A stretch of 64,000 nt of DNA from Octopus vulgaris (taxonomy: Eukaryota), in contig OX597819.1 of the NCBI GenBank assembly GCA_951406725.2, positions 1,612,001 to 1,676,000 on the forward strand. The letters run 5' to 3'. The first letter of the stretch is position 1, and each line of letters begins with the position of its first letter. The translations under genes were made by a program, and so were the position numbers. The notes under the pieces are model-generated. The model saw only the letters and a program-made list of their open reading frames with translations, searched no databases and was not told the origin of the DNA. Positions 57,984 through 64,000 of this stretch are shown here, in pieces.

Positions 57984-58070
57984 GCGGCTGAAGAAGGCTT
58001 TTGACCTACCTGTTATATCAATTATGCATTGATATAAGCTGTTCAATAAAGCCCGAAACATATGTACCGC
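57984..58070 (+). ncRNA. Type I hammerhead ribozyme with long stem II
   Basis: Stem I GCGG/CCGC; CUGAAGA (57988-94); stem II GGCUUU/AAAGCC capped by the UUAUAUCAAU/AUUGAUAUAA helix; GAAA (58055-58); palindromic stem III ACAUAUGU; cleavage triplet GUA (58064-66). The base pair closing stem II is an A-C mismatch. Confidence 0.7.
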
Positions 58071-58176
58071 AGAATCCTTTGCGTCCTGTTTTTTCTTTTG
58101 ATACATATATCCTATCACCAATACCACTAACTGGCGTATACAGGTGCTTACAGTTATCAAGTATTCACCCTGAATT

Positions 58177-58244
<68 letters not shown>

Positions 58245-58601
58245 GCTACATGCATGTTTCTGTGTGTTTGCATGCTTGTGTGTTTATACTTATTCATTAA
58301 AAATATTTACCTCTACCACTTCAAGTTTCGTGGGCGTAGAAGGCACCTACATAATCAGATGTTCTGAAACAGATTGAATTGCATTTAGGAGAAATGTAAA
58401 CCAGCTAAAGTATGAAAGTATATAGGACCCTATTTGACAGTTCACATCACTAGGTTGTCTTCCATGTGATACTTTTATCAGTTCTTTCATTGGGAGATCC
58501 ACGTGGTAGAGTAGGGTGTGTGAGTCACTAAACTGCTTTTTTTACTGGGAGTCATATTTCAGCAACGTTCCTTCTCTTTTATATTGTGTACTACACATGG
58601 T

Positions 58602-58855
58602 GTGGAGGTGCGTGGCTTAGTGGTAGGGTGTCAGCATCATGATCGTAAGATTCTGGTTTCGATTCCTGGACCGGGCGACGCGTTGTGTTCTTGAACAAAA
58701 CACTTCATTTCACGTTGCTCCACTCCACTCAGCTGACAAATATGAGTAACGCTGCGATGGACTTGCGTCTCGTCTAGCTGGGGAACACATACACCATTGA
58801 AACCGGGAAACCGGGCCCATGAGCCTGGCTAGGCTTTAAAAGGGCGCATTAATTA
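58602..58855 (+). mobile_element. tRNA-derived SINE
   Basis: tggcttagtgg A box, gtttcgattcc B box and gcgttgtgttcttgaacaaaacactt core. Flanked by the probable TSD tactacacatggt (about 58589-58601 and 58862-58874). Confidence 0.8.
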
Positions 58856-58973
58856 TTTTTTTACTACACATGGTAGAGCATGCAAGACATTAACGTACAC
58901 ACACACAAGCACACACTCATATATAAGTATATTTATTATTTATAAAAAAATATACATATACATGTGTGTATGC

Positions 58974-59006
<33 letters not shown>

Positions 59007-59127
59007 CAGACAAATTTATAAACACATATGTACGCATGTACGTATAGAAGGTATACGATTCATAAATATACCAATACATAGTTATATCCATAATATATGT
59101 ATATATATTTATGTGTGTGTGTGCATA

Positions 59128-59196
<69 letters not shown>

Positions 59197-59200
59197 GTAT

Positions 59201-59315
59201 CTGTAAATATAATATGTCACAATTATTCGGTAGCCATAATAAAACTCCGAGCTTCGGATGTCGGGGTGAAGCTTTATCATGGCTACCGAATAATTGTCAC
59301 ATATTATATTTGCAG
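59201..59315. repeat. Inverted repeat (about 46-bp arms), probable Penelope-like terminal fold-back
   Basis: ctgtaaatataatatgtcacaattattcggtagccataataaaact pairs with agctttatcatggctaccgaataattgtcacatattatatttgcag, with 4 mismatches. Confidence 0.85.
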
Positions 59316-59382
59316 TTAAATTCCTCTATTTACATAATATCGAGGTCTCTTTCATTCTTTTGTCGTCTTAGCATTTCTATCA

Positions 59383-59801
<419 letters not shown>

Positions 59802-60704
59802 ATGTGTGTGTGTATGTATCGATTACCTATCCCCTCTGATCAATGAACAGGACACTCATACATTGTGGAATGCATCACATTTATGTAAAATATCGTTTTG
59901 CTTTGTGTGTTAGTAAATTTCTAAGCCACAATCTAGGAAAACGATTGTAATCAAGCAAAGAAAGAAAGCGGCTAACACGGATCACACAGAACAGTAAAAT
60001 TATGCAAGACTTTCCTAAAGTTCGATATGTAACAATTGTCGTTGTTATTATCCAAATTTGTTTCTTTTTTAGAATATGGCTCTCATCTTTTAGGTACAAT
60101 ACTAATAAGTAATAGACTGTCAAATAGATACCAGTAGAGGCAGAGAAATTCCACGTTCTCGTTTCCCTTACTTCCTAATTATCACACGAAGCATCCTTTA
60201 CATGCCATCTCTTCACTCATGGAGAGGTAATAATTGTTCATGTTGTCATTATAAGAATTTACATATATTCCACCAGCTCGCACTATCCAAATCACTTAAC
60301 TTATTATTGTCTCTATCGGCTCGCCTTGTAAATTAGCCTAAAACTTTTGGTCACTGATAATACAGGTATCCTGCAATAGACATAACTGGCCAATGCAGAG
60401 TGGCAAGGCATATATCATTACTGTTGCCCTTATCGGCAACAGTTATATGTCACCGAAATATCAGATTCTGAAATATGCTGACAAAGTGATACCAACATCT
60501 TCGTAGCTTCATCTTATGAACCAACTACTAAAGCAACTATTGTCACTTTAATATTAACGACAATGGATGCCTAAAACTCTTCGTAGAAGCGATTTTACAT
60601 TTCTTCTAAACTCTTGTCACTTTGTCTCAAAGGTGTAATGAAGGGATGTGTCCGGCGGCGCCCAAGAAAATCTAAGTCATGTGGTGCTGAATCAAGCTAC
60701 GATT

Positions 60705-60782
<78 letters not shown>

Positions 60783-60855
60783 AGTGTGTTCGTGTGTGTG
60801 TGTGTATGTATGTATATATTGTATATATGTATGTATATATATATATATATATATG

Positions 60856-60911
<56 letters not shown>

Positions 60912-60948
60912 CGTGTGTGTGTGTGTATGTATGTATATATTGTATATA

Positions 60949-61016
<68 letters not shown>

Positions 61017-61055
61017 AGTGTGTTCGTGTGTGTGTGTGTATGTATATATATTGTA

Positions 61056-61141
<86 letters not shown>

Positions 61142-61509
61142 AATGTGTCTAAAGTTGTGATGAGAATAAGTATCATTAAACTGAAGAATTACTCAATACA
61201 TTGTTATAGAACACATGCTTATTTAACTTTTACAAAAGGAGGAGTCCCAGTAACGTCAAATCATAAAGCCGCTTGTCTTCGTCGCAGACATATTTAAAGA
61301 TTAATAGTACTTTTAATGGTGTGAAATGTAGTTCAATGGAAGCATACTGGGAAAAATGGTACAATATTTATTCAAGGATGTGCCTTAGTTGTTATTCATG
61401 TATACATATATTTATACAAAATGACTGAAAGGCTGACGGAGAGAAGAGAAGCTCAGTGTATGTCTATGTTTGTTTACGTGTGTGTGTAAGTGTGCGTGTG
61501 TGAAAGAGA

Positions 61510-61548
<39 letters not shown>

Positions 61549-62586
61549 CAGAGAGTGAGATGCATAGAGAGTTTGAAACTAAGGGACAAAGTATTAAGTA
61601 TTAAGAATTCGACGTATCTTGAATTTAGTTCTGCATATTTTCAGTCGTGTGAAAGAGTTATATATATATATATTTCGATATTGGGACAGATTGAGAATTG
61701 TTGAATATTGGTGGAAATATATTAACATTTATCACCAAGTTTGGCGCATTTGGAAACGTTGTGTCGTATAGAATTCATATTATCAGTGATAGATATGATG
61801 TTTTAATCATCCGATTTTTCTGAATTTCCTCATGTCTCTAAAATGAATCAAGATATTGGCAAAGACAATGTATGTCAGTAATTGATAGGTTATTAGTGTT
61901 AATGTGAGGGTTCTATGATGATAAAATACTGATTCTGTAACGTGTGCTCACATATGTAGCATTTAGATTATTATAGATTTACATGTTTTGTATTGTTTGT
62001 GAACCTCGAAGAAGAGTACGAGTACGGTGACTTTAATTTTGTGACGCAATGTATCACAGGTTGCCGAGGTGATATTAACGTAATCTTTATTCATTCTATA
62101 TCACAGTTGTGATAACTGAATTATCGTAACCAGCCACATTTTAGGCCTTTATGTTATGGAGACTATAATTACACAAATTAGTAATTAAATGTCTAAATAT
62201 CTCAGATAAGTTGTAGTTATTAAGATAACATGACTACTTGATGATCATTATTAAAGGACTGATTAAACTATTGTGTAATTATATATTGTAAATAATTACT
62301 GAAGGTTAGCTATTCAGCTACTTATCCACGAATGCGGATAAATTAAATAGTGTGACCTTTTTCTGATCAGAGGTATGCAATAACAGTTGGTCAGCATAGT
62401 TGATATGGAGAGTGAAAGACAATTATACCTTATTTTATGGGTTCTGGGATTACGAATAGAAATGTCAGATTTCAGCTCCAATTCAAAATGTAAAAGGCCG
62501 CAACTAAATATTTTATAGCGTTTTGTCAATGGTCTAATTATTCTGTCAATACACCATACACCATACCTATAGATATGATTAAAATA

Positions 62587-62693
<107 letters not shown>

Positions 62694-63700
62694 CGTGTGT
62701 GCATGTGTTTCGTCTCTGTGTGTTTAGCATGGTTGTTTTTATGCATATAACACGTAGTCCCCAAGCAGTGTCCGATTCAAATATGCATCAGAATCTTAGA
62801 GAGAATGAAATTTCAACAGTTAGTGCAATAAATACATTTAGATAGATTCAATTTAGAGTATATGAGGCCCCTTTATTACATTCTGTTGAAAAAGTGCATT
62901 CATTACCATATTTTTTAAACTCTTCTCAAAACCATCGAATTTCCCAATTTGTTGAACACTTTCCTATGTTCATTATGGTGGAAACAACAGATGAGTGAGC
63001 ATAAGTTATAAGTGAATTAAGATTTTAAAAAAAGTAATGATGCTTTGAAACTTTGAATCTTATAATGTAAGTCTGAATTTTTAGAATCAAGTAGTGTACG
63101 ATATATTAGCTTTAACCAAATCTGACGACATTTAATAAATTCAGAACATAGAAAACAATGAGGATGCTAATTTTACTGCCCTACTTTGTGTTCGCATCTA
63201 AAAATATATAATACAAAAATTATTGTTATTTATATGCTTAATTCACATAAATCTAATAACGAGGTATCTTTAATATATTGATATAATTTGGACTGCTACT
63301 CTATCTGCGTGACTCCATTAGCAAGTGTTAGCATTAATTCAAAGTACAGTTTTTGAATTAAAAGTCATTAATATTGTGGTTTAATGTAAATAGAATATTA
63401 CATTGAAAAAATAAATGCAACTAGAGAAGCTAATCTAAATGAAAATGAACAGAAGGCGATATTCATTACGAAATTATCTTTGTATCACTGGTTTGATATA
63501 TTTTCTTTAATTTAAAAAGCATGTATAGAAATTGTGTAATAAAAACAAACGTGAAATATAAAAAATATAATAATCTTACCAGGATTTCCTCGAAGGTTTC
63601 AAATCTTTTGATTGGAAGTCATGAAACAAAACCAACTGTATTTCTTGAGTTTAATTGTGAGGAAGAACCAGTCAGAAATAAATAATTAAATAGATAGATC

Positions 63701-63747
<47 letters not shown>

Positions 63748-63748
<1 letters not shown>

Positions 63749-63880
63749 CCTTTCTACTATAGGCACAAGGCCTGAAATTTTGGGGAGGGTAAGTCGATTG
63801 CATCGACCCCCGTGCGTAACAGATACTTATTTAATCGACCCCGAAGGGATGAAAGGCAAAGTCGACCTCTGCGGAATTTG

Positions 63881-63881
<1 letters not shown>
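63748..63881 (-). mobile_element. OR-like SINE 3' part embedded in (AAT)n
   Basis: ttctactataggcacaaggcctgaaattt..gatgaaaggcaaagtcgacctc matches 853-985; (AAT)n on both sides. Confidence 0.8.
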
Positions 63882-63917
<36 letters not shown>

Positions 63918-64000
63918 AATAAAAAAAGGACAGGAAGAAGAATTACGCAATAAGGGACTGCACAATCAATTCCACAACAGAAGTTGCTGGAAAAATAGAT

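Overview
AT-rich, microsatellite-dense eukaryotic DNA. The SINE/LINE repertoire and repeat style point to an octopus (coleoid cephalopod), which is an inference. The only convincing gene is a + strand Cys-loop nicotinic acetylcholine receptor alpha subunit, seen as three exons (15097-15308, 16552-16661, 19376-19827). It keeps the full ACh-binding aromatic box and vicinal Cys-Cys, but has a Pro-Ala-Lys (PAK) selectivity filter instead of GEK, so it is probably an anion (Cl-)-selective nAChR of the molluscan type. I could not find its M2-M4 exons, so the remaining >44 kb appears to be one giant intron. That intron contains a strong AG|GTAAGT recursive-splice candidate (26316/26317) and two sense-strand type I hammerhead ribozyme motifs (34049-34102 and 57984-58070). 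One hammerhead lies in a TSD-flanked fold-back element that joins a tRNA-like Pol III head, an (AAT)n tract and a Penelope-type hammerhead tail. The window also holds several long hairpins, decayed R4/Dong-like LINEs, Penelope-like remnants, tRNA-derived SINEs and a mariner-like MITE. Almost all other ORFs in the track are microsatellite artefacts. All alignments were done by eye, and element boundaries are approximate.
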